Of a stretch of DNA of 64,000 nt, positions 28,462 to 39,785 are shown piece by piece. The position numbers and the translations under genes are program-made. A model generated the notes under the pieces. It searched no databases. It saw only the letters and a program-made list of their open reading frames with translations, and was not told the DNA's origin. This DNA comes from Bacteroidia bacterium (GTDB lineage Bacteria; Bacteroidota; Bacteroidia; AKYH767-A; OLB10): contig JADLBQ010000045.1 in assembly GCA_020847635.1 (NCBI GenBank), positions 41,377-105,376 on the forward strand, in the 5' to 3' direction. The number at the start of each line of letters is the position of its first letter. Within the stretch, counting starts at the first letter, position 1.

Positions 28462-29406
28462 ATGAGTAACGAAACAGAACGGGTGAGACTTCTAATTATT
28501 GGAAGCGGACCAGCAGGCTATACGGCAGCCATCTATGCAGCTCGTGCCGATTTGAAGCCGGTACTTTATCAAGGGTTGCAGCCAGGAGGTCAGCTTACAA
28601 CAACAACAGAAGTTGAGAATTTTCCCGGCTATCCGGATGGGACCATGGGGCCGGAGATGATGGAGCATTTTAGAAAGCAGGCTGAACGATTTGGTGCTGA
28701 TATCCGGTTTGGGCATGCAACTGATGTTGATTTCAGTGGGGCGGTTCATAAAATAACAATTGATGGATCAAAAGTTGTTGACGCAGAAGCTGTCATTATT
28801 GCAACCGGAGCCTCAGCCAAATGGCTTGGCCTGGAATCTGAAAAAAGGCTAAATGGATTTGGCGTATCAGCATGTGCCACGTGTGACGGATATTTTTTCA
28901 GAAAGCAGGATGTTGCTATTGTAGGTGCCGGTGATACTGCTGCTGAAGAAGCTACCTATCTTGCCAAACTTTGTAACAAGGTGTACATGATTGTCAGACG
29001 GGATGAAATGCGGGCATCAAAAGCTATGCAACACCGCGTCATGAATACTCCAAACATTGAAATCCTTTGGAACACTGTAACACTAGAAATTCTGGGTGAT
29101 AAAACAGTAAGCGGAGTTAAGGTTAAAAATACCAAAACAGCTGAAGAGAAAATACTGAAGGTTGAAGGATTTTTTGTGGCAATAGGACATGAGCCAAATA
29201 CCGGAATTTTTAAAGGTCAACTCGACCTGGATAGTAATGGTTACATTAAGACCAAACCGGGAACAACGTATACTAATATTCCGGGAGTCTTTGCTGCCGG
29301 AGATGTCCAGGATCATGTTTATCGGCAAGCAGTCACTGCTGCCGGCACCGGTTGTATGGCAGCAATTGATGCCGAACGCTGGTTAGCTCTGAAACAGGAT
29401 GGATGA
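28462..29406 (+). CDS. trxB: Thioredoxin-disulfide reductase
   Basis: It has the FAD motif GSGPAGYTAAIYAARA, the redox-active CATCDG, and GDTAAEEA. Confidence 0.95.
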   Translation: MSNETERVRLLIIGSGPAGYTAAIYAARADLKPVLYQGLQPGGQLTTTTEVENFPGYPDGTMGPEMMEHFRKQAERFGADIRFGHATDVDFSGAVHKITIDGSKVVDAEAVIIATGASAKWLGLESEKRLNGFGVSACATCDGYFFRKQDVAIVGAGDTAAEEATYLAKLCNKVYMIVRRDEMRASKAMQHRVMNTPNIEILWNTVTLEILGDKTVSGVKVKNTKTAEEKILKVEGFFVAIGHEPNTGIFKGQLDLDSNGYIKTKPGTTYTNIPGVFAAGDVQDHVYRQAVTAAGTGCMAAIDAERWLALKQDG

Positions 29407-29440
29407 CTACAGAAAGATGTAAAGAAGCAATGCCTTGGTA

Positions 29441-31087
<1,647 letters not shown>

Positions 31088-31172
31088 TCAGCAAGTAAAC
31101 ACAATCCGAATTATTGATGTTTTAAGTAATCACAACACTTTTTAAGAGAAAACGGATTAAGCAGAAATTACT

Positions 31173-31508
31173 TCAATACATCAGGTGTTCCTTATTCTTT
31201 TTTACCCAACCGGCATCACTCTGCCATTTCGAGAAATAGATTATCAGATCAGCATCACTTTTCCAATCAGTGAAAAAGATTTTTTTATTTGCATCACTTT
31301 TCCATTCGGTGAAATACCAGATTCCATTATTTTTACCACCTGCATCACTTTTCCATTTAGTTTTATAAACAATCAAATCAGCATCACTTTTCCATTCGGT
31401 AACAAAAACCTGCAGATCAGCATCACTCTTATAATCACATGAATAAATAATCTGAGCCGATGAAGAAAGGGAAAGCATACTCAAAAAAAACATTAAACAG
31501 TTTTTCAT
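31173..31508 (-). CDS. Small secreted protein made of six [WY]KSDA[DGN] 13-aa repeats
   Basis: The signal peptide is MKNCLMFFLSMLSLSSSAQ. The repeats are YKSDADLQVFVTE, WKSDADLIVYKTK, WKSDAGG.., WKSDANKKIFFTD, WKSDADLIIYFSK and WQSDAGW... The ATG at 31508 is preferred. Confidence 0.6.
   Translation of the reverse strand: MKNCLMFFLSMLSLSSSAQIIYSCDYKSDADLQVFVTEWKSDADLIVYKTKWKSDAGGKNNGIWYFTEWKSDANKKIFFTDWKSDADLIIYFSKWQSDAGWVKKNKEHLMY
31213..31440 (-). repeat. In-frame coding tandem repeat with 39-nt period
   Basis: The core GCATCACT(T/C)T occurs at 31213, 31252, 31291, 31342, 31381 and 31420. Spacings are 39, 39, 51, 39 and 39 nt. Confidence 0.8.
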
Positions 31509-31625
31509 TTTAGGTTCGGGATCTGTATCTGAACCAAAGATCACGAAAAGGGAGTGTGATTGCATGTAAAGGGAATGAAGAAGCAGCTTTCATAAGTCAA
31601 GAGCTTAGTAAAAGAATCGTATTCA

Positions 31626-34157
31626 ATGTCAGTTTCAAATTTTCCATCTCAGTTTAAAGGTCTTACTGATGAAGAATTACAGATTTCCAGGGATAAATAT
31701 GGCTATAATCAGGTAGAGGCTGTTAAGGAAAGACACGGGTACAGACTGCTGCTGGATATTCTGAAAGAGCCGATGTTAATTCTGCTGATGGCTGTAGCAG
31801 TTATTTATTTGATAACAGGTGATTATGCGGAGGCTGTTTTTATGGCTGTTGCCATTGTTGCCGTTTCTGCAATATCATTTTATCAGGATAACCGGAGCCA
31901 AAAAGCATTAAAGGAGCTTAAACAGCTGAATGAGCCTTTCAGTACAGTAATCAGAAACTCTCGAGCAATTCAGATTCCTACTCATGAGATTGCAGTTGGT
32001 GATTTATGTATAACAGAAGAAGGTAAGCTTATAAATGCTGACGGGAAAATTGTTTACAGCAATGATTTTTCGGTCAACGAGTCTTCGCTTACAGGTGAAA
32101 GCTTTTCAGTCTTTAAAGACAGTAACTCAGAAAATAACCGGGTTTACAGCGGAACAATAACAGTGTCAGGCCTAGCCATTTTTGAAGTTGAAAACATTGG
32201 CAGGCAAGCCAGAATCGGTAAACTTGGAGAATCCATTCAGTCTATTGCAAAAGCAAGTTCACCACTTCAACTGCAGATTGAACGATTTGTGAGAGGTATG
32301 GCAGTAATTGGTATAATCATTTTTGTCATGGTTTGCAGTTATAGTTTTTTCAGAAGTCATGATCTGCTGAAAAGCCTGCTAAACGGCCTAACACTAGCCA
32401 TGTCTATTTTACCCGAAGAAATTCCTGTTGCTTTTACGACCTTCATGTCGTTAGGTGCCTGGAAACTCATGAATGAAGGAATCATTATTAAGCGGAGTAA
32501 TATTGTTGAAACACTGGGTAGTACTACCGTAATCTGCACTGATAAGACAGGAACCATTACTGAGAACTCAATGCATTTGAAGTATCTGTATGATTATAGG
32601 TCCAATCAGTTGTATAATGAAAAGAATTTTAACACTGATGAGTTAGCTGAATTAATCAGTTATGCGATGTGGGCAAGCGAACCGGTTCCGTTTGATCCAA
32701 TGGAGATGGAGCTGCATAAAGTTTATGGCGCAACCCGTTTACCTGATCAAAGGAAATCTTTCAGAATGATTCATGAGTATCCGCTGGATGGAGTTCCTCC
32801 AATGATGACACATCTGTTTGAGAACGATGAAAGCCAAAGAATCATTGCTGCCAAAGGTGCTCCTGAAGCTATTCTTGCCGTTTCCGAGCTTTCAGACTTA
32901 GAACGGGCAAGGCTGAAAAAGCAAATCAGAGTTCTGGGTTGTGAAGGTTACCGGGTTCTGGGGGTTGCAAAATCATCTTTTGAAGGAACAAACTATCCGG
33001 CAAAACAACAGGATCTGAAGTTTACCTTCCTTGGTTTTACTGTATTTTATGATCCTCCAAAAAAAGGAATCAGCGAAGTGTTCCGGAAAATTTATGATGC
33101 CGGCATACAGGTGAAAGTAATTACAGGAGATAATCCGGATACTACCCGGGCTATCGCAGCTAAAGCCGGTATTAAAAATTACACACCTATGGTTAGCGGA
33201 GAGCAGATAGTTCATCTGACAGAGGAAAGGTTGATTCCGGTTGTTGAAAAAACGACAATCTTTACCCGAATGTTTCCGGAAGCAAAACTGGCTATTGTAA
33301 ATGCATTGAAACAAAAAGGTGAGGTAGTGGCTATGTTAGGTGATGGAGTTAATGACGGACCCGCTCTTAAGTCAGCCCATATTGGGGTAGCAATGGGGCA
33401 CAAAGGAACAGAAATTGCCAAAGCAGCCGCTTCACTGGTAATAACCAATGACGACCTAGATAAATTAATTACCGGAATTGCTCAAGGCAGAAGGATTTAT
33501 ACCAATCTGAAAAAGGCAATTCAATACATTATCTCTATACATATTCCAATAATTGTTACAGTTTCCCTGCCATTTTTTTTAGGTTGGGTGTTTCCTCAGA
33601 TATTTACTCCGGTACATGTCATTTTTCTTGAACTTGTTATGGGACCGACATGCTCAATTGTATATGAAAATGAGCCCATGGAAAAAAATGCAATGCAACC
33701 GCCTCCGAGAATATTGTCAGCTACTTTCTTAAACTGGCATGAACTTACCCTCAGTATCGTACAGGGATTGATGATTACTGCCGGTGTACTGTTTGCCTAT
33801 CAATGGTCGGTTTACACGGGAGGGAATGAAACAAAAACCCGCGCTATGGTTTTCAGTACCATGATCTTTGCAAACATCCTGCTAAGTTTTTCAAACCGTT
33901 CCTTTTATTTCAGTCTGATTGAGAGTTTCAGAATGCGGAATAATCTCTTGGTCGGAATTACGGTATTAACCATAGCAGCGTTGTTTCTAATTCTCTATGT
34001 GGAATCATTCAGCCAGTTTTTCAGACTTACAGCGCTTAGCTTAACCGAACTTGTTATAACACTTACAGTGGCTATTGCTTCGGTTTTATGGTTTGAAATC
34101 TATAAATTAGTAATTCGCCTTAAAACTGAAAGATCTCAGCTGGCAAGAAAAGAATAA
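31626..34157 (+). CDS. Cation-transporting P-type ATPase (Ca2+/Mg2+-type, P2/P3-like)
   Basis: It has the phosphorylation motif CTDKTGTIT, TGES, and the hinge motif GDGVNDGPALK. About 10 TM helices are apparent. Confidence 0.9.
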   Translation: MSVSNFPSQFKGLTDEELQISRDKYGYNQVEAVKERHGYRLLLDILKEPMLILLMAVAVIYLITGDYAEAVFMAVAIVAVSAISFYQDNRSQKALKELKQLNEPFSTVIRNSRAIQIPTHEIAVGDLCITEEGKLINADGKIVYSNDFSVNESSLTGESFSVFKDSNSENNRVYSGTITVSGLAIFEVENIGRQARIGKLGESIQSIAKASSPLQLQIERFVRGMAVIGIIIFVMVCSYSFFRSHDLLKSLLNGLTLAMSILPEEIPVAFTTFMSLGAWKLMNEGIIIKRSNIVETLGSTTVICTDKTGTITENSMHLKYLYDYRSNQLYNEKNFNTDELAELISYAMWASEPVPFDPMEMELHKVYGATRLPDQRKSFRMIHEYPLDGVPPMMTHLFENDESQRIIAAKGAPEAILAVSELSDLERARLKKQIRVLGCEGYRVLGVAKSSFEGTNYPAKQQDLKFTFLGFTVFYDPPKKGISEVFRKIYDAGIQVKVITGDNPDTTRAIAAKAGIKNYTPMVSGEQIVHLTEERLIPVVEKTTIFTRMFPEAKLAIVNALKQKGEVVAMLGDGVNDGPALKSAHIGVAMGHKGTEIAKAAASLVITNDDLDKLITGIAQGRRIYTNLKKAIQYIISIHIPIIVTVSLPFFLGWVFPQIFTPVHVIFLELVMGPTCSIVYENEPMEKNAMQPPPRILSATFLNWHELTLSIVQGLMITAGVLFAYQWSVYTGGNETKTRAMVFSTMIFANILLSFSNRSFYFSLIESFRMRNNLLVGITVLTIAALFLILYVESFSQFFRLTALSLTELVITLTVAIASVLWFEIYKLVIRLKTERSQLARKE

Positions 34158-34189
34158 AATACTGAGCGAACCAGTGTGATGGATGTTGT

Positions 34190-35998
34190 TTAAAAGCAGT
34201 ACCTGTTTTCCTCAATCAGCTTTTTAGCAATTACCTGGCGCGATTGCTTTGTATTCACATTGTCATATTTTGTAAACCGCTTGATGCCTAACAGTAACAT
34301 CCGCTGTTCATCTCCTTCAGCAAAGGAGTTAACTGCAGTGCGTGCATTGATATGAATGCGGTCCATTGCGTCATAAAAATAGACTTTCATTATCTCGATT
34401 TTTTCACGACATGTGGATTCGCCCTGGTCTTTTACCAGTTTCTCAATTCTGAGCATTAGTGATTCAGCCATATAAATATCAATAGCAATATCAGCAATAT
34501 TCATCAGAATTTCCTGCTCCTTAGCCAGTGTTGTCATCAGCTTCTGAACTGCAGCTCCGGCAGTTAGCAGAATGCACTTTTTCATATCAGATAGTGCTTT
34601 TTTTTCATGAGCAAACAAAGATGAGTCGCTGCTTCCGGGTTCGGGAATTCCCATGAGCTCCTTTTGAACATTGGTTGCTGCTGTCATTAAATCAAGCTCA
34701 CCTTTCATAGCACGCTTTAGAAGCATATCTACAGTCAGCAGCCGGTTAATTTCATTGGTTCCTTCAAAAATCCTGTTGATTCGTGAATCGCGGTATGCAC
34801 GATCCATGGGATATTCGGCACTGTAGCCGTAACCGCCATATATCTGTACTCCTTCATCAGTAACGTAATCTAATGCTTCACTGCCGGCAATCTTCAGAAT
34901 AGCACACTCTACAGCATATTCTTCTGCAGCTTTCAAAGTAGCTTCTGATTCAGGCATTCCGGAATCGAGCAGTGATTTTTCTTTCATGTCGATGTTATGA
35001 CTCAGCCTGTATAAGGCCGATTCGACAGCATAGGTTCTGATAGCTTGTTGAGCAAGTTTATGTCTGATAGCTCCAAATTTTGAAATTGGAAGTTTAAACT
35101 GCTGACGTTCATTAGCATAGGTGATTGACAGCGTACATACCCGTTTCGAACCGCCCAGTGCGGCAGCAGCTAACTTGGCACGGCCGAGATTCAGAATATT
35201 AAATGCAATTAAATGTCCTTTTCCGATTTCACCTAACAGATTTTCAGCAGGGATTTTACAATCTGTAAAAAATACCTGGCGGGTTGAGGATCCTTTGATT
35301 CCCATCTTATCTTCTTCTTCGCCCAGTGAGATACCGGGAGTTGTCTTTTCAATAATAAAACCGGTGAACCCTCCTTTGTTATCAGGTGTACTTTCAGGAT
35401 CAACTTGGGCAAAAACAGTAAAAACATCTGCAAAGCCGGCATTGGTGATCCACATCTTCTGGCCATTGATAAGATAATGTTTACCATCTGGAGTTAATAC
35501 AGCCTTGGTTTTTGCTGCCAATGCATCCGATCCTGAACCGGGTTCAGTCAGGCAATAGGAAGCTTTCCATTCTCCGGTTGCCAGCCTGGGTATGTATTTG
35601 TGTTTTTGTTCTGCAGTTCCAAAATAGAGGATCGGTAACGTTCCAATTCCGGTATGGGCTGCCATTGCAACAGAAAATGAGTGGCCGGCACCCAGAATCT
35701 CAGTAATTAACATTCCGGTCAGAAAATCTTTTCCTAGTCCATTGTATTGTTCCGGCACAGAAACACTCAATAATCCTAATTCACCGGCTTTATCCAGAAG
35801 TGATTGCATCAATCCTTCTTCATGGTTATCCAATCGCTGGACAAGGGGCCATACTTCACTCTCAAGGAATTGTTCTGCTGTTTCAGCCATCATCCGCTGT
35901 TCTTCGGTAAACTCTTCCGGAATAAAAATATCATTGCAGGAGGTTTCCTTAATAATAAATTCTCCACCTTTTATCGGTTGCTTAATTTGTGTGTCCAT
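34190..35998 (-). CDS. Long-form acyl-CoA dehydrogenase
   Basis: ACAD blocks are YCLTEPGSGSDA, QKMWITNA and IFEGTNEI, plus a C-terminal helical extension. The ATG at 35998 is preferred over the TTG at 36019. Confidence 0.9.
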   Translation of the reverse strand: MDTQIKQPIKGGEFIIKETSCNDIFIPEEFTEEQRMMAETAEQFLESEVWPLVQRLDNHEEGLMQSLLDKAGELGLLSVSVPEQYNGLGKDFLTGMLITEILGAGHSFSVAMAAHTGIGTLPILYFGTAEQKHKYIPRLATGEWKASYCLTEPGSGSDALAAKTKAVLTPDGKHYLINGQKMWITNAGFADVFTVFAQVDPESTPDNKGGFTGFIIEKTTPGISLGEEEDKMGIKGSSTRQVFFTDCKIPAENLLGEIGKGHLIAFNILNLGRAKLAAAALGGSKRVCTLSITYANERQQFKLPISKFGAIRHKLAQQAIRTYAVESALYRLSHNIDMKEKSLLDSGMPESEATLKAAEEYAVECAILKIAGSEALDYVTDEGVQIYGGYGYSAEYPMDRAYRDSRINRIFEGTNEINRLLTVDMLLKRAMKGELDLMTAATNVQKELMGIPEPGSSDSSLFAHEKKALSDMKKCILLTAGAAVQKLMTTLAKEQEILMNIADIAIDIYMAESLMLRIEKLVKDQGESTCREKIEIMKVYFYDAMDRIHINARTAVNSFAEGDEQRMLLLGIKRFTKYDNVNTKQSRQVIAKKLIEENRYCF

Positions 35999-36196
35999 AG
36001 TTGTTTGTTGGGAATTCAAAAATAATCATTATACTTGACCTTAACTGTAAAGTTGCAGCATTCTAATATTGTAAAATCCTAAAATGCAGTTAAATCTCTT
36101 TACTGCTCCTGGTATCATTAGTCAGCAATACAAATCAGGAAGTAAAAAGTTTAAAATCCCGATTAATTCATTTCTATTTTCAGAAATAGCAGCCGC

Positions 36197-37264
36197 TTAA
36201 TTCATCATTCCGTAACTAAGCTCAACCTGGAAATGATCATCCAGTGCGCCCAGCCGATGAACAGCTGTTTGTGAGAGTTTGACTATGACTTTATCATTAT
36301 CTCCTGAATTGGGTAGTGTTCCGACAACTTTGACAAATACGGATTTCCCATTCATTTTATTCGTTACTTTCATAATTGTTCCGATAGGTGCTGTACGGTG
36401 AAGTGCGTAAAATCTGGATGACTGATTTTCACCTTCATTAATCCATGAACAGATTCCAGTTTCTGAAATCTGCGAAAGAATCTTATCACCAGACTTTCTG
36501 ATTTCCTTTGTTGTTATTGCAGGCTCAGGTATTATTGGAGCTACTTTGTTTGTCGATGCAAGTACGGGTTTATCTTCTTTGACCCTTTCAGTACGTTCAA
36601 TTACTGCAGGCTTTGTTACAGCCGGGTTCAATTCGGTCCTTTTCTCAGCCGGGTTTATATCCTTATTAATTTCAGTCAATTGTATTGCATCTGTCTTTGC
36701 AGCTGTTTCCGGAACTTTGGCCGGAGCAACAACTTTATCTGGTTGTTCTGTATTTTGCAGCGGTTCATGTTGTACTTCTGCTGCCGGTTTGACCGAAGAG
36801 ACATAACCGATAATAATTTTTTGACCGGCTTTTATGTTATTATCCTCAATAGCATTCCACTTTTTCAGATTATCCGGTGTTGTATTGTTATTTTTTGCAA
36901 TTGTAAATAGGGTTTCTCTCGGTTTTATTGTATAATAAATGGCAGCAGTACCGGTCGGCTTTTTCTGTTCGTTCTTGTTTTCTTCCGATTTGCCGGCAGC
37001 TTCCTGTTTTATAGGAACATTCAAGATCTGTCCGATTTTCAGATCTGTAACACCCGGATTGGCTTGCATCAGGTCACTCATGGTAATGTTATATTTTCGG
37101 GCAAGACCACTCCAGGTCTCTTTCGCAACTACTTTGTGAATTAGGAATTTTTCACCTTTCATCCATTTGTATTTAGTAGATGACTGTGAATATAAATTCA
37201 TTGTGATGCCATTCATTAGAAACAAGGCTAATACAACGGACAGGATAACTGATCGGGTGCTCAT
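36197..37264 (-). CDS. Peptidoglycan-binding protein with two LysM domains and a C-terminal RlpA-like DPBB domain
   Basis: It has a signal peptide. The LysM blocks are HKVVAKETWSGLARKYNI...GQILNVP and YTIKPRETLFTIAKNNN..GQKIIIG. The C-terminus PIGTIMKVTNKMNGKSVFVKVVG is RlpA-like. Confidence 0.7.
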   Translation of the reverse strand: MSTRSVILSVVLALFLMNGITMNLYSQSSTKYKWMKGEKFLIHKVVAKETWSGLARKYNITMSDLMQANPGVTDLKIGQILNVPIKQEAAGKSEENKNEQKKPTGTAAIYYTIKPRETLFTIAKNNNTTPDNLKKWNAIEDNNIKAGQKIIIGYVSSVKPAAEVQHEPLQNTEQPDKVVAPAKVPETAAKTDAIQLTEINKDINPAEKRTELNPAVTKPAVIERTERVKEDKPVLASTNKVAPIIPEPAITTKEIRKSGDKILSQISETGICSWINEGENQSSRFYALHRTAPIGTIMKVTNKMNGKSVFVKVVGTLPNSGDNDKVIVKLSQTAVHRLGALDDHFQVELSYGMMN

Positions 37265-37358
37265 CTGACGGCTTTATTTAATTTTACACAATAATAATTT
37301 TTTTTGACAGGAAGGGTTTCTTTTGCATACTTCCATTATCAACAAAATAATTAACACG

Positions 37359-38717
37359 ATGCACTGGCATTTAGCTTTAAAGTTCAAAACGCTGACAGCT
37401 GTTATTTTATTTTCAATTCCATTGAGCGCTACTTGCTCTGATTCATCAAAAGTTGTTTTTAAGTTTGACATAAAGTCTGAAATCACTCCAGGTGCTGCAA
37501 GAACCGTATCGAGAGCATTAGATCAGGCGGTTGCACACAAAGCAGATTATGTAATCATTGATCTTAACACCTACGGAGGAATGTTGGATGCAGCTGATTC
37601 AATCAGGACTGCCTTGCTGAACAGTTCCATTCCAAGCATTGTATTTATTGATAATAATGCAGCCAGTGCCGGAGCTTTAATCAGCATTGCCTGTAACCGG
37701 ATCTATATGCGTTCAGGTTCCAGTATTGGTGCTGCTACCGTAGTTGACCAGGCGGCCAAGGCGTTGCCGGATAAGTATCAATCCTATATGCGGAGTATGA
37801 TGCGCAGCACTGCTGAGAAGAGAGGCCGGAATCCTAAGATTGCAGAAGCAATGGTAGATCCGCGGACTTATATTCCTGGAATTAACGATTCAGGCAAGGT
37901 TCTCACCTTTACTGCCAGTGAAGCATTAGCGAATGGGTACTGTGATGGAATGGCCGAAACACTCCCGGAGGTGTTAGCTGCCGAATCTCTTGGGGATGCT
38001 CAGGTTATTGAATATCATTCCGGAACGATTGATAAGATTATCAATTGGCTGATGAATCCGGCAATCAGTGGTATGCTGATTCTGGTAATTATTGGAGGAA
38101 TTTATTTTGAAATGCAAACCCCCGGAGTTGGTTTCCCACTAATTGCTGCCTGTGTTGCTGCCCTGTTGTATTTTGCTCCACTCTATCTGGAAGGGCTGGC
38201 TTCAAACTGGGAAGTGCTGGTGATTCTGGCCGGATTTGTATTGATTGCACTTGAGATTTTTGTTATTCCCGGTTTTGGCGTTTCGGGTGTTTCAGGAATT
38301 GCTCTGGTGATGCTCGGATTTATTCTTACGTTACTTCCCAATGAAGGTTTTGATTTCACATTTGCACCGGCAAAGAATATTTACAGCTCGGTTACAACAG
38401 TGCTGGCCTCAATCACCTTATCCATTATCCTGATGTTTGTATTTGGTGGACGATTGATTAAAAGCCGTCTTTTCGGACGACTGATACTTCAGGATGAAAT
38501 GAAAGCTGAACATGGATTCAGTACAGCTGCCGGAGCAGAATTTACAGCAGGCATGAAAGCAATTGCATATTCTGATCTCCGTCCTTCGGGTAAAATTATG
38601 ATTCAGGGTAAGGTCTATTCAGCTGTTGCCGAATCTTATTTTATTCCAAAAGGAACACCGGTTACAATTTTAGAAACAGATGGAATTAAAATAACAGTTA
38701 CAGACCGCACTCTCTGA
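37359..38717 (+). CDS. NfeD-family membrane protein (ClpP-class protease domain, TM block, C-terminal OB-like domain)
   Basis: The N-terminal ClpP-like region is IIDLNTYGG..AASAGALI. It also has 4-5 TM helices and the C-terminus GKIMIQGKVYSAVA. The ATG at 37359 is preferred over the TTG at 37323. Confidence 0.8.
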   Translation: MHWHLALKFKTLTAVILFSIPLSATCSDSSKVVFKFDIKSEITPGAARTVSRALDQAVAHKADYVIIDLNTYGGMLDAADSIRTALLNSSIPSIVFIDNNAASAGALISIACNRIYMRSGSSIGAATVVDQAAKALPDKYQSYMRSMMRSTAEKRGRNPKIAEAMVDPRTYIPGINDSGKVLTFTASEALANGYCDGMAETLPEVLAAESLGDAQVIEYHSGTIDKIINWLMNPAISGMLILVIIGGIYFEMQTPGVGFPLIAACVAALLYFAPLYLEGLASNWEVLVILAGFVLIALEIFVIPGFGVSGVSGIALVMLGFILTLLPNEGFDFTFAPAKNIYSSVTTVLASITLSIILMFVFGGRLIKSRLFGRLILQDEMKAEHGFSTAAGAEFTAGMKAIAYSDLRPSGKIMIQGKVYSAVAESYFIPKGTPVTILETDGIKITVTDRTL

Positions 38718-38720
38718 ATC

Positions 38721-39224
38721 ATGAAAAAAATATTTCTTGTATTGATTGTTACATCAATAGCTCTTCCTGTATTTGGCCAGCAAAAACGTGAGCTCTTGTA
38801 TAATCCTGAAGCAAATGGAGTTACTGAGCTGGCAACTGCTGTTTCAAAAGCAGCAGCCGAAAATAAGCATGTATTAATTCAGATAGGAGGTAACTGGTGC
38901 AAATGGTGTTACCGCTTTCATGATTTTATTAAAAGTCATCCTGCATTAGATTCATTGATGACTGCCGATTTTGTAGTTATGCATCTGAATTACAGTAAAG
39001 AAAATAAAAATCTCGAAATACTGTCAGCCTTAGGCTATCCTCAACGATTTGGATTTCCGGTATTTGTTATAGTAGATATGAACGGAGAGCGGATTCATAC
39101 CCAGTCAAGCTGGTTTCTGGAAGATGGCAAGGAAAGTTATGATGTTGAAAAGGTTGCTGCTTTTCTGAAAGACTGGAACAGGAATGCACTTAATCCGGCT
39201 AATTACCCGGATGAAAAAAAATAA
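38721..39224 (+). CDS. Secreted thioredoxin-fold protein (WCKWC active site)
   Basis: It has a signal peptide and the CxxC motif GGNWCKWCY. The start lies 3 nt after the nfeD stop. Confidence 0.75.
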   Translation: MKKIFLVLIVTSIALPVFGQQKRELLYNPEANGVTELATAVSKAAAENKHVLIQIGGNWCKWCYRFHDFIKSHPALDSLMTADFVVMHLNYSKENKNLEILSALGYPQRFGFPVFVIVDMNGERIHTQSSWFLEDGKESYDVEKVAAFLKDWNRNALNPANYPDEKK

Positions 39225-39253
39225 TTTCTTTTTCAAGCATTGAAATGAAAATC

Positions 39254-39261
39254 TATTTTTG
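39254..39261 (+). promoter_or_regulatory. Candidate -7 promoter box TATTTTTG upstream of the OsmC-like gene
   Basis: It matches TAnnTTTG exactly, 22 nt upstream of the ATG. Confidence 0.35.
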
Positions 39262-39283
39262 TCAGCCTTAAAAATAATAAACT

Positions 39284-39694
39284 ATGAAACGTACAGGAAC
39301 AGCCGTTTGGAACGGTTCAGGAAAAGAAGGAAGTGGAAATCTTTCAACTCAGAGTAAGTCCTTTGTTGATCAGCCCTACAGCTGGCATACCCGTTTTGGC
39401 GATAAAACCGGAACAAATCCCGAAGAATTAATTGCCTCGGCTCATGCCGGATGCTTTTCTATGAAGCTGAGTTTTGTACTTGGTGCAGCAGGGTTCACTC
39501 CTGAAAAGATAGAAACAACCTGTACCATCAATCTCGATAACGGAGTGATTGATAATTCACACCTGGTTGTTCGGGCAAAAATTACCGGAATAACTGCTGA
39601 GAAGTTTCAAGAATGTGCTCAAGAGGCAAAGGCAAACTGCCCGGTCAGCAAAGTGCTCAATACCAATATTACTATGGATGCTGCACTTTTATAA
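39284..39694 (+). CDS. OsmC family peroxiredoxin
   Basis: At 136 aa it has an OsmC-like N-terminus (GTAVWNGSGKEGSG) and two conserved Cys (HAGCFSM, ANCPVSK). Confidence 0.85.
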   Translation: MKRTGTAVWNGSGKEGSGNLSTQSKSFVDQPYSWHTRFGDKTGTNPEELIASAHAGCFSMKLSFVLGAAGFTPEKIETTCTINLDNGVIDNSHLVVRAKITGITAEKFQECAQEAKANCPVSKVLNTNITMDAALL

Positions 39695-39785
39695 TTTAAA
39701 GCATACTCTGCTGTTTCAGGAACAGACTGGAGTAACAAATCTTTTTAGCTATTGAAAGTTAATGTGCAATTAAGTACAAACAGGA

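Noticed and set aside
27406-29406. A possible genomic island integrated at tRNA-Gln
   Set aside because: I saw no integrase, no phage or mobile genes, and no repeat of the tRNA 3' end downstream. The flanking genes (trxB, pyrG) are core.
31213-31440. A regular 39-nt repeat that looks at first like a short CRISPR-style array
   Set aside because: The repeats are in frame inside an ORF that starts with a signal peptide. They encode a 13-aa peptide repeat, one spacing is 51 nt, and there are no unique spacers or cas genes.
35121-35477. Many 60-135-aa ORFs lie antisense to or out of frame within long genes. Examples are 541-864, 2302-2694, 26124-26363, 29691-30095, 31185-31442, 35121-35477, 50301-50699, 62345-62593 and 62778-62993.
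   Set aside because: They sit wholly inside well-supported CDS, have low-complexity or Ser/Leu/Ile-rich translations, and show no family motifs. They are shadow ORFs.
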